The position numbers were made by a program, and so were the translations under genes. A stretch of DNA of 63,056 bases, filler included, from Hyphochytrium catenoides (Eukaryota; Protista; Hyphochytriomycota), in NCBI GenBank assembly GCA_900088475.1. It is 5 parts of 5 records of this genome, joined end to end, with 100 filler letters (N's around TTAATTAATTAA, not from the genome) between each part and the next. Parts side by side here need not be neighbours in the genome. Positions count along the whole stretch, not along the records: positions 20,058 to 49,940 come from FLMG01003886.1; 4 more parts are not named here. The stretch is one strand, 5' to 3'. The stretch's first letter is position 1. Each line of letters starts with the position of its first letter. The notes below the pieces were generated by a model. That model ran no database searches, was not told the DNA's origin, and saw only the letters and a list, made by a program, of their open reading frames with translations. Positions 34,146 to 48,320 of this stretch are shown here, in pieces.

Positions 34146-36448
34146 CTAAAAGAACTTGAAGTATATGATGAACATAAATACTAGCCCCACCACTCCCACG
34201 GGCGCGTACTTCCTGTATAAGGCCTACACGTAGGCAAGGAACCGACAAGGAAAAGAGTTTGAATTAGCATCGCGGCCAAGAGGCGGCCTGCCCAGACTAA
34301 GCTTTCCTGGGCCCCTGCGACTATTTCTCTGCCATCTCCTTGCATCACAGCTCTCTCTTTCTTTCTATCTTCACACAAAGCTTTTGGAACCTTACGCCTC
34401 TCTCACCATCAGCTGCCATGCTCATCAGCCTCGACTGGCCTTTACCTGTAAATTGAGCTTCTTGGCCCCCCATTTGAATTGTTTCGAGTCTGCTGCGAGC
34501 TTGGTTGAGATTACGGAGACGTCTGAGAGCAGAAGAACAACATGGTGCCTGATGTTAGAGTGGGCGAACAAACCCTAAAGTGGGCTCTACGTGGACGTCG
34601 ATATGGAACCCATGCGTCTTCTCCCGATGGGCGATCTAGCCGTCTTTCTGCCGGGGCCTTCATCCTGTGCTGCACACACTATCCCCCCACTTCGGTCTAG
34701 GGTGGATGCTTCCAAAGCATAGCTAGTCCTCTATATACCGACTTACGTTCTAATCTTTCTCCTCGATTGAGCACTTCCTGAATATTTTGCTTCATGACGC
34801 TGTGAATGTCCGCCAAGTCATCGTTCAGCTTGCCCATGTTCTGCCTGGACTGAGGGTCGGAGTATTCCTTCCTCTTTTTCTGGATGAACTTGTCTGGCGT
34901 GCAAGCAGAAAATAAATAGAGGAAATCAGATAGTGAGGGTTGCGATGCGATAGGGAAGAGCACTGAAGAGCACTGTTGCTACATTTTGAAGGAATATAGT
35001 GTAGCACAGTTGTTTCCGCTTGTAGATTCTTCTGATATAAGCAAGGGAAACGAGACAGTAACGGAACGGAGAAGCTGAAGACGGAAGAAAGAAAAGAGAG
35101 AGAGAGAGAGACAGAGAGGGGAGAGAGAGAGAGAGAGAGCTACTTGTTAAGTGCCGTACCGAATTTGATAAAGGCGTAGGGCCTTGAAACAGTGTTGACT
35201 TTATCAAGCCACCTGAGGAATAACGTGTTCATGAGAGATGTCGAGAGCTGAAAGGCCCAGGTGGAGACAATTCCGGAGGTTCAACGAAGACGCGCGATGA
35301 GTTGAGATGGAGAGGTCAATAGCTAAGAGAAGGCTTGACCATAGGCAGTGCAGCCTTGGAGGAAAGAAAAGTCTCTATATCCCCAGNNNNNNNNNNNNNN
35401 NNNNNNNNNNNNNNNNNNNNNNNNNNNNNNNNNNNNNNNNNNNNNNNNNNTCCTGAGTTCATCAATAAAGCCTTGACGAATCTCCTCCAGGTACAGAAAG
35501 GCTAATCTTTTCGGGTAAGCCTTAGCAGAGAGCGTAAGATAGCAAATTCCATCCTCAATCAAGTAACTGAAGATTATTAGAGCAACAAAAGGAGAGAGAG
35601 AGAATGACAAAAGAGCAAGCAATGAGGCAGGTTAGTTTTGCAGAGTCCTGATAGATCACGAGCGCGACGGAGCTTTAATATCCCGTTCAAAGAGTCTCTC
35701 TCTTCCCTCACCCTCCACATCGACTGCACAGTTAAGACTACTTCCAGTCGTGTCCGCCTTGCATCATCATTGCTTACTTTTATCTCTCTATATTGAGCAG
35801 CTTGCTCGGACACTGTGCCCGCGTCGCTACCCTAGCCAAAGTATTCTGATCTGCTTGTACTCTCTTTATCACACTCCAGATCAAAAGATTCCTAATCTGC
35901 CATTTCTTCTCTCCTCTTTTCTCTTCTCTCTTTCCAACCCTACTTACTGGAAGTTGCATCCTCCAGACTCTATGCTGCATTTGGCCGGAGATCTAGGGTT
36001 AAGCCTCTTCAGAATCTGCTTGGCCTGGAGAGAGATGAGACATCGCACCGGAGAAGTATGAGCAAACAAACGACCAAACCACAGCCCCACGAGGAGAGAG
36101 TGACAGTGACATCTTAGTGAAAGGGAGAAGGTGTTTGTGTAAGAGAGAGGCTTTGTGTAAGAGGGAAGGCTAGCAAGTGAGGGGGATGGAGACTCAGACA
36201 CACACCCAGCAGAGAGAGAGGGAAAGATAGAGAGAGCGGAGAAGCATAATAGCTGATAAGGAAGGTGGCGCCAAGGGCCAGCCGGCTTAGGTACAGAAAG
36301 AAAGGGTTTGGGAACGAGACCAGCGGCCCATCGACTCTTCACTCACCTGCTGCTTGTAGATATCGAGGTTCCCATCACCGGTCTGCTCCATACTCGCTAC
36401 AAGGAGCATCCCATCGCTTACGCGAGCAATGAAAGTCAGGATCGGCAT
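34146..36448 (-). CDS. SEC22: Longin R-SNARE Sec22
   Basis: MPILTFIARVSDGMLLVASME..YKQQ|AKQILKRL..; YPKRLAFLYLEE; RPYAFIKF|DKFIQK; NIQEVLNRGERLE; C-terminal TM ALYRKYAPVGVVGLVFMFIIYFKFF*. An N gap at 35387-35450 lies within the gene. Confidence 0.96.
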
Positions 36449-37561
36449 ATCTACGAAGTATACACGCCTCTACTACAGTCGTATAAGACTACTTCCACAG
36501 AGAGCCAGGTATTATGCAAAACGTTAGCCTAGTTGGCCACTTGTGTCAGAAACTCTTTACAGGGCTTCGTCAGCGCCTTTCTCTCTCTTTCTGTCTCTGT
36601 CCTCTCTCTCTCTTCTCTCTTATGGCTCTCGCTCTATCATTCTCATTGGTCAGAAACCCCCGTTGACGCTGCTTCGTCTCTTTCTTGTCCGCTCCCGTCC
36701 TCCTGTTCCTTGCTGCTCTGTCTTCCTCTTCTCTGGAGCTTCGACGTGGCAAGATTCAATTCGATTGTGAGCATCCCACAGAAAGAGCAGAGGGGGAAAG
36801 AAGGAGGAAGAAAGGAGAGCGCCACAAAGCCTCTAACCGCCAGGGGCGAAAGATCCGGAACTCAGTTACTGTTGGCTAGAGACTGTGTTATGATCTATTA
36901 TTGGTTATCACTTCCCGGCTCATTGTGTAAAGAGCATGGTCTCAATAATTTCCAATTTCCAACACAAAATTACGCTCTGTCTTGCATTTAGCTCTCGTTG
37001 GTCACTCCCTTTTTCTTTGGTCTAGTTAAGTGACAGAGATACAGCTGTCTGTCTCATTGCTGGAAGCCTTTCCACATCTCTTTTGGCACTCACTTAACGG
37101 AGTTTTGTTCATCAGAAACCCAGCTGCGGATTCTGCGCCGCATCAGCATCCTTGTTGAGACTCTGTAAGGATCTTCATCCTCAGATTGGGCTGCTCCTAG
37201 AGAGACCATAGGCCACTCTTCCTAGCCAACAAGCGGATAGGCTTTTCTTGCTCTTAGGCGTTCATAGCCTTGTAGCTGTGACTCTGTCGCAGAACGAAAG
37301 GAGCGTCACGTAGAGACCGTAACTTGGAAGCACGGCACGACGACTCTGCACTATTTGCTGGGATTCTACCGTCAGCCGGAAATTATAAGAAGCAGCAGGA
37401 GGAAACAGCTCTTTCTTTTCACACCCAGATGAAGTGAGATCAGACTGCGGCCCGTCTGGGGGATCCACCTATCTTCTCCCGCCCGTGCTTCCACCCTTAA
37501 TTCTCCCCTTGGCTCAGCGGCTCGCGACTTCGAAGTTATTACCGTCTCCTCAACCTTCACC

Positions 37562-39011
37562 ATGCTTCTAGGGCTGGATACACCCGGAAAGCACTTGCTT
37601 TTCTGGGGCTACATCTCTCTCTTTATCTCCTATTATATGTTTGCCCATAATGCCAAAGAGCTCTCTCTTTCTGTCTCTTCCGCGTCTCTTGTCCTCTCTA
37701 CCGCCATGATGAAGCTAGGCATTGCAGTCTATATGTTCCTCTCCTCCGATGGAGACTGGCGCCATCTACTGCGCTCGTTCTCCCTCAACAAGCGCTGCTT
37801 TCTCCTCTATCTCATCCCTGCGGGACTCTATGCAATCTATGACAACTTCGCTTATTGGAATCTACGGGTGTTTGACCCAGCGACTTATAATGTGCTGATG
37901 CAGGTGAGACCAGGACAACGGAAGGGAAGGGCCCGTAGACTGCGTTAAGCATTGTTGAAGAAGGAGAGAGAGATAAAGAGACAATGGACAGGAGGACATG
38001 GTGGAGAGAGAATTTGCCAAAGAGAGGATGGTCGTGTGATGTCAAATAAGGGGATATTGCTTATTGCATAGGCTTAAGGGCAAAGCGGGGCGTCAATCCT
38101 TCTGCACAATTCAACGAAGCTCTTCATTGAGCGCTCACTCTTTCTCTTCTCTTTCTCCGTCTACTTCACTCTCTCCCCCTCACTCTTTCTGTTCCTCTCC
38201 CTCTGTGTGCGGCGGTTCCAAGACCCGTCTAGTTGTTACAGGCCTTTTGTTCCAGTGGATGTTCAACAAGACTCTTTCGCGTCCACAGTGGGCGGCTCTT
38301 GTCGTGATTATGATGGGCTGCAGCCTCACTGCCTACACTGCAGCCAACCAGGGCAAAGTCAAGGAAGAAGGGTCCGAGAAGGAGAAGGGCGGGGGACCTT
38401 CTCTTTTTCATCTCCTTCTTCTCGCCATCCAAGTGCTGTCTGCTACTTTCGCATCCGTCTACAACGAGGCTCTGCTAAAGAAAGAGACAAGTTGCCCGCT
38501 AAATTTGCAGAATATCTTCATGTACCTGCATTCTATGGCTTTTAACCTGCTCGGACTCTGCCTCAAACCTGGATCCTCTCTTTCTGACGTCTTCTCTCCT
38601 TCTCACTTCCTTCCTGTCCTCTCCCCGTACATATTCCCTATGGTTCTCCTGATGGCAAGCGCAGGAATAGTCACCAGCCTCTTCTTAAAGCACCTTAACT
38701 CAGTGCTAAAATCTATGGCCTCCGCTATAGAAGTTGTGATCATCCCTGTCGTGCAGTTGTTCCTCTTTGGAATTCCTGTTACTCTCTCTTCTATGGTCTC
38801 TGTGGTCCTCGTGGGAGGAGGAATCTACCTTTACTCTGCAAGGCCGCAAGCTCTCTCCCTTCCTACTGCGCCGTCCTCTACGGCAGCGGGAACATCACAA
38901 AAGGGAAAGTATAGTCCAGGAAGAGAAAAGCGAGAGAATGGCTCTGTCGAAGATAGACAGTCCCTTCTTGAGAGAGGACGACCAGCTGGAGCTTTGGAGA
39001 ATGAGGAGTAG
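37562..39011 (+). CDS. Nucleotide-sugar transporter, SLC35A (CMP-sialic acid/UDP-galactose transporter) family
   Basis: Exons 37562-37903 and 38223-39011. Motifs YLIPAGLYAIYDN, DPATYNVLMQ|TRLVVT, LSRPQWAAL, FASVYNEALLK, LQNIFMY, GIVTSLFLKHLNSVLK; about 10 hydrophobic helices. Confidence 0.93.
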
Positions 39012-39602
39012 CCGCTCCATGCAGGAGCTACTGCATTCACCTTCCTCCCTTCATTGATTCCGTCTTCATCAGCCACCTCTTCCTTACAAACTTACAAGGT
39101 CCGATCCCTAGGAGACCGCAAGAGCTGTATAGGGTTTATCCCTGCCTGGCTGCTGCGTTTCCTTCTCTTGCTACAGTCTCAGCCGTTTGCCTCTCCACGG
39201 TTATTGCTCTGGGGCTTCCGGCTATAACTTGCGTCTAATGGGCAAAGGCGTCTTTCAAGGCTCAAGGCATAGCGCAGATTATGCATTCGATGGGAGACGC
39301 AGTTAGCCTTAGTTCTTTCCAACCTTAATTCTTGCAACGTCCTCAGAAGCTCTGGGGATACTAGAAAGGCCTCAGCTTTTTTCTCATTAACAAATAACAC
39401 ATTGACTCTAAATACTCAGAGAAGAACCACGTCCGCGACTGCTGTCCTCTTCTTTCTTCCACTATCGTCTTCCTTCTAGCCAGGCTACAACGCTAACCCC
39501 TTTGTATCCCAGCTGGCCGATTTCCAGCTTGGATGGTTAGTGAAAGAGACCAGAAAGAGGGAACTAATAAAGAAAGACAAAGGACAAGCGGTAGGAGAGA
39601 AG

Positions 39603-42361
39603 TTATCCAAAGCCAAACCCTTCTGAGCCTTCTCTAATGGCAAAGAGCAATCGCTCCTTGAGTTGGTCCTCACTGGTGTACTCAGGGAGATCCAACTGGT
39701 TGAAACTGAGGGGTGGGAGCAACAATGAGTGACTTTCAGCAACCAGTACAAAGCAAGACTATAAGAAAGGAGATAGACAGAGCGTATCGGGACAGCCTCC
39801 GCTTGTGATTCAAACGGAGAGAGACTGAGAGGATGCCCAAGAGGAACGTAGGTCCTTTACTCACCAGGTGTGCGCGGAAGGGAGAGCATTCTCTCCCTTG
39901 TAAGACTTATGGATGTTAAACAACTGCGTGCCGCGCATGCCCTGCAGTGCTTTGAAGCCTTCAAGAGGCACTTTTGAGGTACCTACACAAAGCAATGTTC
40001 GTCACCCTCATCGTACGAGTAGTATGGACGCAAGCTAAGCGCACCAACAGAGACACATCCCATCGTAGCAACAAAAATGAGAGCGAGAGAGATTGTGACA
40101 TATAGACAAATCGAGAAAGAGAGAGCGATATTGAGGAGGCGAGCGAGAAGGGATAGCTCTGGGTCGCATAAGGCAGAGAAAAGGGAGAAAATCTGAACAA
40201 GCTCTGACTGGATTAGACGCTATGGCCAACGCTAAGCCATCACTCCTTCCCATCTCGCTTCTCACCTGTGACGAATTGGAGGAAGAGAGCCTTCTCTTCT
40301 TCAGAAAGAGAGTAAAGGACGCTCCAGAACCATCGGATCTGGGTGTCGGTGGCCTTGTAATTGCTATACTCTGTGTGGCTCTTCAGGTCATCAATGTCAA
40401 TCTCTGGGGTTCCAGAGATCAAGAGCTCCAGCTCCCTCTCATTGAAGATTGATATCAACGAAGAAGGGACAAGCTCGTGAAAGCCCTCAAGGAAAGCTGA
40501 TAGTTGTTGAAAAACCAGAGAAAGAGAGAAAAGTCGCAGAGGGAAGGAGAGAGAGTTAGAGCGAGTGGTAAGCCTACGAAGGAAACAAGCTCCGAAACTC
40601 CCACTTGGCGGCAGGTGCACTCCTTCTCTCCTTCTTAGCTCTTGGAAAGTTGCTAGTCAATGTCTACAAGTATCTCTCTCTCTCCATTGCGTTTGGGAAC
40701 GGACTTCATTCTCCTCCGCCTCCCGTTAGCTTTCGTGGCATCTTCTCTCTTACCTTTGGTCTGCTCCTTGATGGCGCTGGTCATTCTGTGATGAGTGACC
40801 AGACGAATGTAGTCCATTTTGTTCTCGTCTGTCACTGCAATGTGTCTGCCTCCGGGAAGTAGGTCCACAACCTCCAGCTGACGAACAAGAAAAGATTAGT
40901 ACGGTCGAAGCCAATAAGCTATGGATAAATAGAGCATGATATAGGCTCACTCACACACAGTGACCTCAGAATGGACGTATGGCATCGTCAGAGAGCATTC
41001 ACGTCTCAACAAATGAACTAATGCTACCCAGATGACGATGCACAAGCGAAATGGGAGTTAGCCCAGGACAAGATGAGAGGCAATGGACCACGAGGCGTCG
41101 ACTCCTCCTTCACCTTTCCAAAGTTGTTGGTTTCCACACTGAACGTAAGGTCGAGACAGAGGTCGTCGACACTCTGCTCTAGCATTTGGCTCAGGTTCTT
41201 GAAATATTGCGGGTCAATCGCTTCCATATCCTGATAGTTGACTGGGATGCCAAGTATGTGCTTATAAAACGATCGCGTAAAGTGAGCATCTAGCAGCTGC
41301 CCGTCCGCTATGGCCTTCCCTATCACTCGACCGACGAACTTGAAGTACGCGAGATGGTCCTGGAGGGCAAGCAAGGCTTAACTTAAGGGCGAGGGACATA
41401 TAGAGAGGCTCTACAAGGGAAGACGAGAACGTGGAAGAGCAAATGTAGTTTGAGATAGGGCCGAGAGGGTAGAGCGGGAGGGGTAGCCAAGGAATGGATC
41501 GTACAACCACATAGAGAGAAAGAAAATGAGCGAGGAAGAGGGAGAGATTGAGAAGAGAAACAGATAGAGAGAGAGAAACTTGAAAGTAAGAAACACTGAA
41601 GAGAGGCCTCGGAGGACATGGATGCTGCATGTGCCAGAGAATCGAGCAGACTGACCCTGTTGATGTAGGAGAGAGGATTTGGCTGGAAGGTGGGACTGTC
41701 ATAAGAAGGAATGAACAGCGCGTAGTTGGGGTTGAAAATCTCTCGAGCGAGGATTTGGTACCTGGTCGAAGACGAAACGAAGGCAGGGAAAGGAAGACAG
41801 GGAAAGGAGTGAGTCAACTCGTGACATGCGAGCGAGACATCTGATCCAGAAAGAAAGACTATGAACACCAGAAAATGCAGTTGATTTCTCGCTGGAGTCT
41901 CTCTCTCTCTCGCGCGCGCGCGTTGCACCCATGCACGATGGAAACTCTGGCACTTCAGACGTTGTCTTGCCGTTCGCTTTAGATTAGATGTCAAAAGGCT
42001 CTCCTAGGCTCTCCTCAGAAATGCTCTTACCACTCCCTGGTTAGACCTCCAGCGTCGATCCCTTCTTCTCCCTGGAAGGTTACTTGGAGCCTTCCGCTCA
42101 TCTCCTCAGCAGTGCGGTGTCGTATGTGATGGAAAGAGTCCTCGAAGAGCTGGGAGAGGAGAAGGAAACCGTCACCCAAGCGAGCGTTATTAAGTGATGG
42201 CAAAAACGACGAGGAGCAAAGTTCTGTAAGTGTAAGAAGGTAGAAGACTAAATCCTTAGCAGCTTTAAGGACGGAGAGAGAGAGCTTTTGCTTCTAACGG
42301 GAGAAAGATTAGTTCTGGACAAAGGTTGTAGACAGATACATAGGGAGGGAGCGAGAGAGAA

Positions 42362-42394
<33 letters not shown>

Positions 42395-45300
42395 AGACAA
42401 TACGCTCCGTTTCTCTACACCATCTCACCATATTCCGCCTAACAGTCATACGAATGGTTCCATGTCTTCTACTGGCACTCTGTCTCATCTTCTTCAACTG
42501 CTGGCGGAAGAACGCTCTCTTATTGTCAAAGTCCAAAAAGGCACGGCAACGAGGCAGCTTCACGAGAGAAGATAGCGACGAATCCAGTAAGGAGGGGGAG
42601 TCTTTGACGAGAAGGTTCAGAAGAACGCGATTGTGCTCCACGAAGGAGAGGAGACGGCGAATCTCGGGAGAATCTCCGGCTCCTTGCTGCTGTCTCTGTC
42701 GTTGTGAGGGCGATGTGGGAGATTCCAAGGACAATTTGCTATGGGGACGAGGAAGAGAAAGACAGAATGAATGGCTGTCAGGCGTCTATTTTTTTGCCTT
42801 AGAAGAACTCACTTCCAAACTTACCCTTTCCCTTCAGGAGAGCGAGGAGCTGACCCAGCGCCAGCAGGAGAAGAAGCACCAGGAGAGATAGAGGTGGCGG
42901 AGGTAGTAACCATCTCAACTATAGGGGCGTCGAGGGTGGATCTACCAGTCTTCCTTTCTCCCTTCAACTCAATTGACTTGGCCTCTCTAGCGTTGGCCAC
43001 AAAGAAAGCCTCTACCATGGGCAGGAATCGGTTGACTAGGCCCATTGAGGAGAGAGAAGACAGCAATGTGGGCTTCTTCTTCTCTGCTTGTGAGGATGAA
43101 GATGCAGAAGGTTGTTCCTTGTCCCCCTGAAGCCCTGTGAGATGCATCGCATCGTGTAGGCAAATCTCCAAACTCTTCCATAGAGGGTCGAGACGTATCT
43201 GTGCCAGCAAAGGAAGAACAGGAGCGAAGAGGGATACAGTTAGTTGCTCCTAAGCATCGACGGTCAAAGTGGCAGCAAAGGCATGCTTGCATAGTTAAAG
43301 ACGGGAGACGTGACAGAGAAAGTGGGTCCAAAGACTGACAATGAGCTGTCTCCGGAGTCACACTTTCTCTTCCCATCCTCTTCTAATGATGTCTCATCTT
43401 GTCTCTTCACCTGCTTTTGCTCTCGCTCTCCTGTCCCTCTCTACCTATCTCTATTACCTCGGCACAGCAGCCAGCAAACGCCTTGTCTTCTTCAGCGAGG
43501 TTGTCTAAAGTCTGCAGTAACGTGAGGAGCTTGAACTCAGACGAGGACGAAGATAGAGCCACTGAAGTAGGAGGAAGAGAGCTCTTCGCTCCACCTTCTT
43601 CACCTGTCAGACAAGCGAATGAAGTGATCTGAGCCACCAAAACTGATTTCAGCGCTAGCGGAGGACCAAATGACCATCATGTCAGAAGCGCGGGTTGGAG
43701 ATGGTGCTAGGGAACAGGCGTGGTGAGAGGCGAGAGGCAAGAGGCAGAAAGGCACCGCGAGAACAGTGCTAAAGGTGAAATGACCGCGTAGGGGTGCGCC
43801 CAAATAGCAATAGACGCCTTCCTTACCTAGGATAACTTTCCTGCTCTTTTCAACCTCCTCCATCTCCCCTTTCGCAGTGCTCTGCCGCATAATCTGTTGC
43901 TGGCGACCCTTAAGCCTGTCTTTCAGACTTCGTAAACTTGCCTCTGCTTTGGTCGCGAAGACCTTGGCCTCCTATTTATGAAACATCATGATGCACAGAG
44001 GATCAACAGTCTTTTAAGGTAGGAGCTAGAAGAGAAAGAGTAACTGGCCTCAAGATGATAACTCAGAGGAGGACGGTGAGATAAGAAGTATGCGTCAGGG
44101 AGAGAGTCAATAGTAGGATGCCAGCTTCTGAGAAGAGAGTTAGGTCTTCTATCCCCTGCGTACCTCCACAATGTATGTCAGAAAGAGACCCTTGTTACTT
44201 TCTATCAAGGCCAGACGGGAGATGATAACGCTAGCGCGAGAGAGAATGCCTTCCGTACAAATATCCAGCGTTAGAAGACCGACCAACTCCCTGACCCGTG
44301 AAGGGGACAGTCCAGGGCGGGGGATTGGCACCCACTGCTCCTCCTCTCCCTCCTTCTTCTCCTCGGAATTGGAAGCACTTGGTTGATGCTCCCCTCCTTC
44401 CACTTGCATCGGAGTTGACTCTTCTTCCCCTTCTTTTTCCTCCTGCCCCTCTTCTTTCTTTTCCTCAGCTTCCTCCTACACATTTTGGACACGAGAAAGG
44501 GTTAAAGTGGGAGAGAGAGGAAATAGGAAGTGCTAAGTGAGTCCCAACCCACCGTCCTAAAGAGACAGCTAATTATCTGTCCCTGTGTATAGATGGAGAT
44601 GGACAAGGTCAATTAAGGAAAGTCAGAAAAAGGGAAAGGCACAGACGGGGAGAAGGAGGAAAGTACAAAGAGAAGAGGATCTAACCATGGGTTTCATCTT
44701 CTTCTTTTGGGCCAGCTTGGAAAGCGGCGCCACGATCATCTCTAGTAGCTGCATCAGCCGATCCATGTTAGGATAACTCAGACAGATCAAAGGCTCATGC
44801 ACCAGAGCAATTAGCTTCTCAAACTCTGCTCCCTCGCCCTCTGTCTCAGTAATCTCCAGCTTTCCTTCCTCTTCCTTGTGGGCCAAGCGAAGAGAGGAGG
44901 GCCGGAGAAAGAAGTAGGGCGTGTTGCTGCTGTGACGGAGAAGATGCGCCAATAGGTCTAGCACTCTTCTAACTATAACACCAGGAGCTCCCGCTCCTCC
45001 AGTAGATTCCGAGAGATCCAGCCCTTCCGGTAACGAAGAGCCAATTGGAGAAGACTTTCCTATTGCAAAATGAGTGAGAAGAGTACTTAGAAGAAGAGAG
45101 ATAGAGGACAACCGTGCTTAAGGAACAAGCTAGATGCGTAAAGATGCGTAACTATGCGGCTATCGTACGGAGAGAAGACACGCGAGAAGCGGATTTTAAG
45201 TGATCAAAACAGACCCCAGGTGCATGCGACATATAGGCGAGAAGAGCCCAAGAGGAGGGTGCCAGAGAGAGAGCGAGAGAGACCGCAGAAGGAGTTTCTC

Positions 45301-48273
45301 CATTACCTTTTTTCTCCCGTCCTCTTTTCGTTTCCAGCAGGACCGCAAGAAGCCTACCTAGGATAAACTCTCTATTTTTGCTATGGGCACATAGATTGTG
45401 CAAGAGGCGTTGGTACACGCGGGAGCGCACGGGAGACGGGAGAAAGAGCAGAGATAGTAAGAAGTGTCCCTCTTTCGGATCTCTGAAGCCTAAAAGTTTG
45501 CTATAAGCCACAGAGTCTCTGTCTTTCTCCAGTAACATTTCTCCCAGGTGGGATTCCTTTTTCCTCTGTCGCGCAGCTTCAGCTTCTGGCAATTCAGAAA
45601 GTTGGTCAGTCACAGTGAAGGACGGAGCTGCTCAGAGGAGGCGCCATGCATAAGATAACGCGACAACAGGAAGCAACACGGTCCGGTACTCTCGCTCTCA
45701 TTTTCACTCTGAATTCCCAGCTTCTGCCCCCAGTCTGGGTCGACGCCTAACACCATATCCTTTTCCTGAGAAGCGAAAGAAGAGCATACCTTCTGCCTGG
45801 GCTGCCTGCGTCCTCCCTTCTCCTGCTCTCCCCCCCTGCAACAGGGCAGCAGGAATAGAACCCGTTCCAAAGTGAGAAGAGACCGCTCTCTCTCTGAGAA
45901 GTTGTGCCTCTGCCTGTATATTAGCGGGAAGGGAAGAGAGGAAGGCTTCATCGACCGAAAGAAGGACCTCCTCCCTCAGGTCTGGAGTAAGCGTAGCAAG
46001 GAAGGAGGCATTATCCATATCCTGGGCATGACTAGCGTCAGCAGGTGGCGCTGCTGCTTGCTCTTCTCTGGCTCTCCTCTCTCGCTCTTGCTGCTCCAAG
46101 ACCTCCTACAATNNNNNNNNNNNNNNNNNNNNNNNNNNNNNNNNNNNNNNNNNNNNTTTACCTGTCGGATGTCCTCAGGAAGCGCGGCCAAAGCCTCAGG
46201 ATCGAGCCCTGCCGCCTCGGCGCTCGAAGCTGCGAGTGTCTCTGCCCTATGCTGAGCTAAGACTTCCTCCTGCATCTCTGAAGGCAGGCAGGCGAACACC
46301 TCAGGGTCGAAACCGGGAGGACAAACGAGAGCTGCGGGCTGCCCGGCTGCCTCCCTGGTCTCTGGAGATACGTTTTGCTCTTGTTCACTTTCCTCTTGTT
46401 GTCCTGCTTGAGCGAAGCTTCCGGCCACGGCTGGCTCCTGTGGCCGATCTCCCTCTGGGGGAGAAGAAGACTGCTCAACCGCAGCTGGCACCTGTAGAAA
46501 AGGGGCGACGAAAGAAGAGCAACGGCAACCTTTGCTCAGACAGATATACCCCGGAGTGAAGAAAGGACACTAGAGGTATGCATGGCAGGTATGGGCATCG
46601 AAAGTACGGCGATCACCCGAAGGCTACACCATAGGGGATGACAGAACCAAATGCATGATCTTAAAAGTGAGCCTAGCCTCGGACACGGTTACCTCGACCG
46701 CAGGACGGCTGGCTGTCTCGGTTGAAGGCGTGTGGGCTTGGCTCTCCTCTCCTTGGGCTGACGAAGCAGGAGAACGGAGTGATGAACTATCTAGAGTCTC
46801 GACCAGCGCGGAGACAGCATTATCTGAAGGCTGAGGAGATGGAGCCTCCTCATCATCCTTCTTCTCCTCTTCCGGTTGGCTGCCGTGCTCCATTGATGCC
46901 GGTGTCTGCACCACCGAATGGCGACCGAACGAGGTGCATTAGTCTGACAAGAAGGTCGGATTGAAGAGAGCAGATAGTTCAAGCAAAAGGAAGGAGGTAA
47001 TATGCCGTAAATCTAGGAAGCCCCCGCTCAGCATATGGCAAACCAAGAAGAGATCTAAAGGCTCTTTCTCAATCTTTCTTCATCTTGCTTTCCTGTACCT
47101 GCTCCGCTGCCCTCCGCGCAGCCTCTTCTCTTTCTCTCAGTCTGCGGGTCAACTCTTCCTCAAACAGCGCCGCAAATTCAGAGCCATTGACGTCTGGTCG
47201 CTGGCCATCGTCGACCCATCGACTAAAATTAGTCAGAAACCCTCCTCGACCGTTCTGCCTACTAAGATACGAGGGGAGACACGGATGTGCCCGTTTAGAG
47301 GAATTGCTTATGGCCCCAATCAACAAGAGAAGAGGAGTGCCTAGGCGTAAGACCACGGTAAATGAATACAGGGAGAAAAAAGATACAACGAAAAGGATGA
47401 GTGCTTTCAGTCCTTCTCTATTGAAATTACCTGTCTCTTCTGTAGGCAAACTGCTGTCTTCTCCAGCGCATCAGACCGGATCCTTCTGGCCCGTCGGCGG
47501 CTTCTCTACCACCCCAGGCATTCTGAGGTCCCAGATAGTCAGAGGCAGAAAGCCGGTCCAGGGCAAGAAGAGGGTGAGTTTGGGGGTTGTCGGAGGACGT
47601 CGAGAGCGCGGAGGTGGTAGGGAAGCTGGCGTTGAAGCTGACTGGAGCATCGTCATCGTCCTCCTCTAAGAATTGGAGGAGAGAGGCGGCAGACGCTGAA
47701 TGTTAACAGGTGCGTCTCACTCTTTTCTTAGAACCACTGACCGCTACTAGGACCTTCTCTAGGGCGAAGGCACTAATTTGATACCTCGCTGGGCCTCTAC
47801 CTTTGCCTCATCGCTTTGGCAGAGTCCTCTCTCTCACTTCTGTTCTCACACAATTCAACTCATCTCCGTCGATGTTGCACCCTCTCTGTGCTAGAACCCC
47901 ATCTTCTAACCTCCAGCAAATTTACGCTAAGACCAACCCCACCGAGTAGAAAGACAGGAAACGTTAACAATCATCTTGTGGAGTCTTACCGAATCTGGAG
48001 ACTCTGATATATCTGTTGCCATGGAGCGGGATCTCTTGGCTGTTAGAGCTAAAGATCCGAAGGGTCCGGCCGCGAGGAGGCACCGAGCCACGGAAGTTTG
48101 CAAAGCCAAACGCATTTCGACCTTCCCCAGCATCCTGTGAGGAAAGAGAGTAGTTAATACTTGCGTTGGACAAAGTAAGGTACTTCCCACTGAAAGTCCA
48201 TTGAATGACTGTAAGTCGTTAACAGCTGACATCCAACCCTTCTCTCAGCTCAGCCACAACCGGGCTTCCTGAA

Positions 48274-48320
<47 letters not shown>

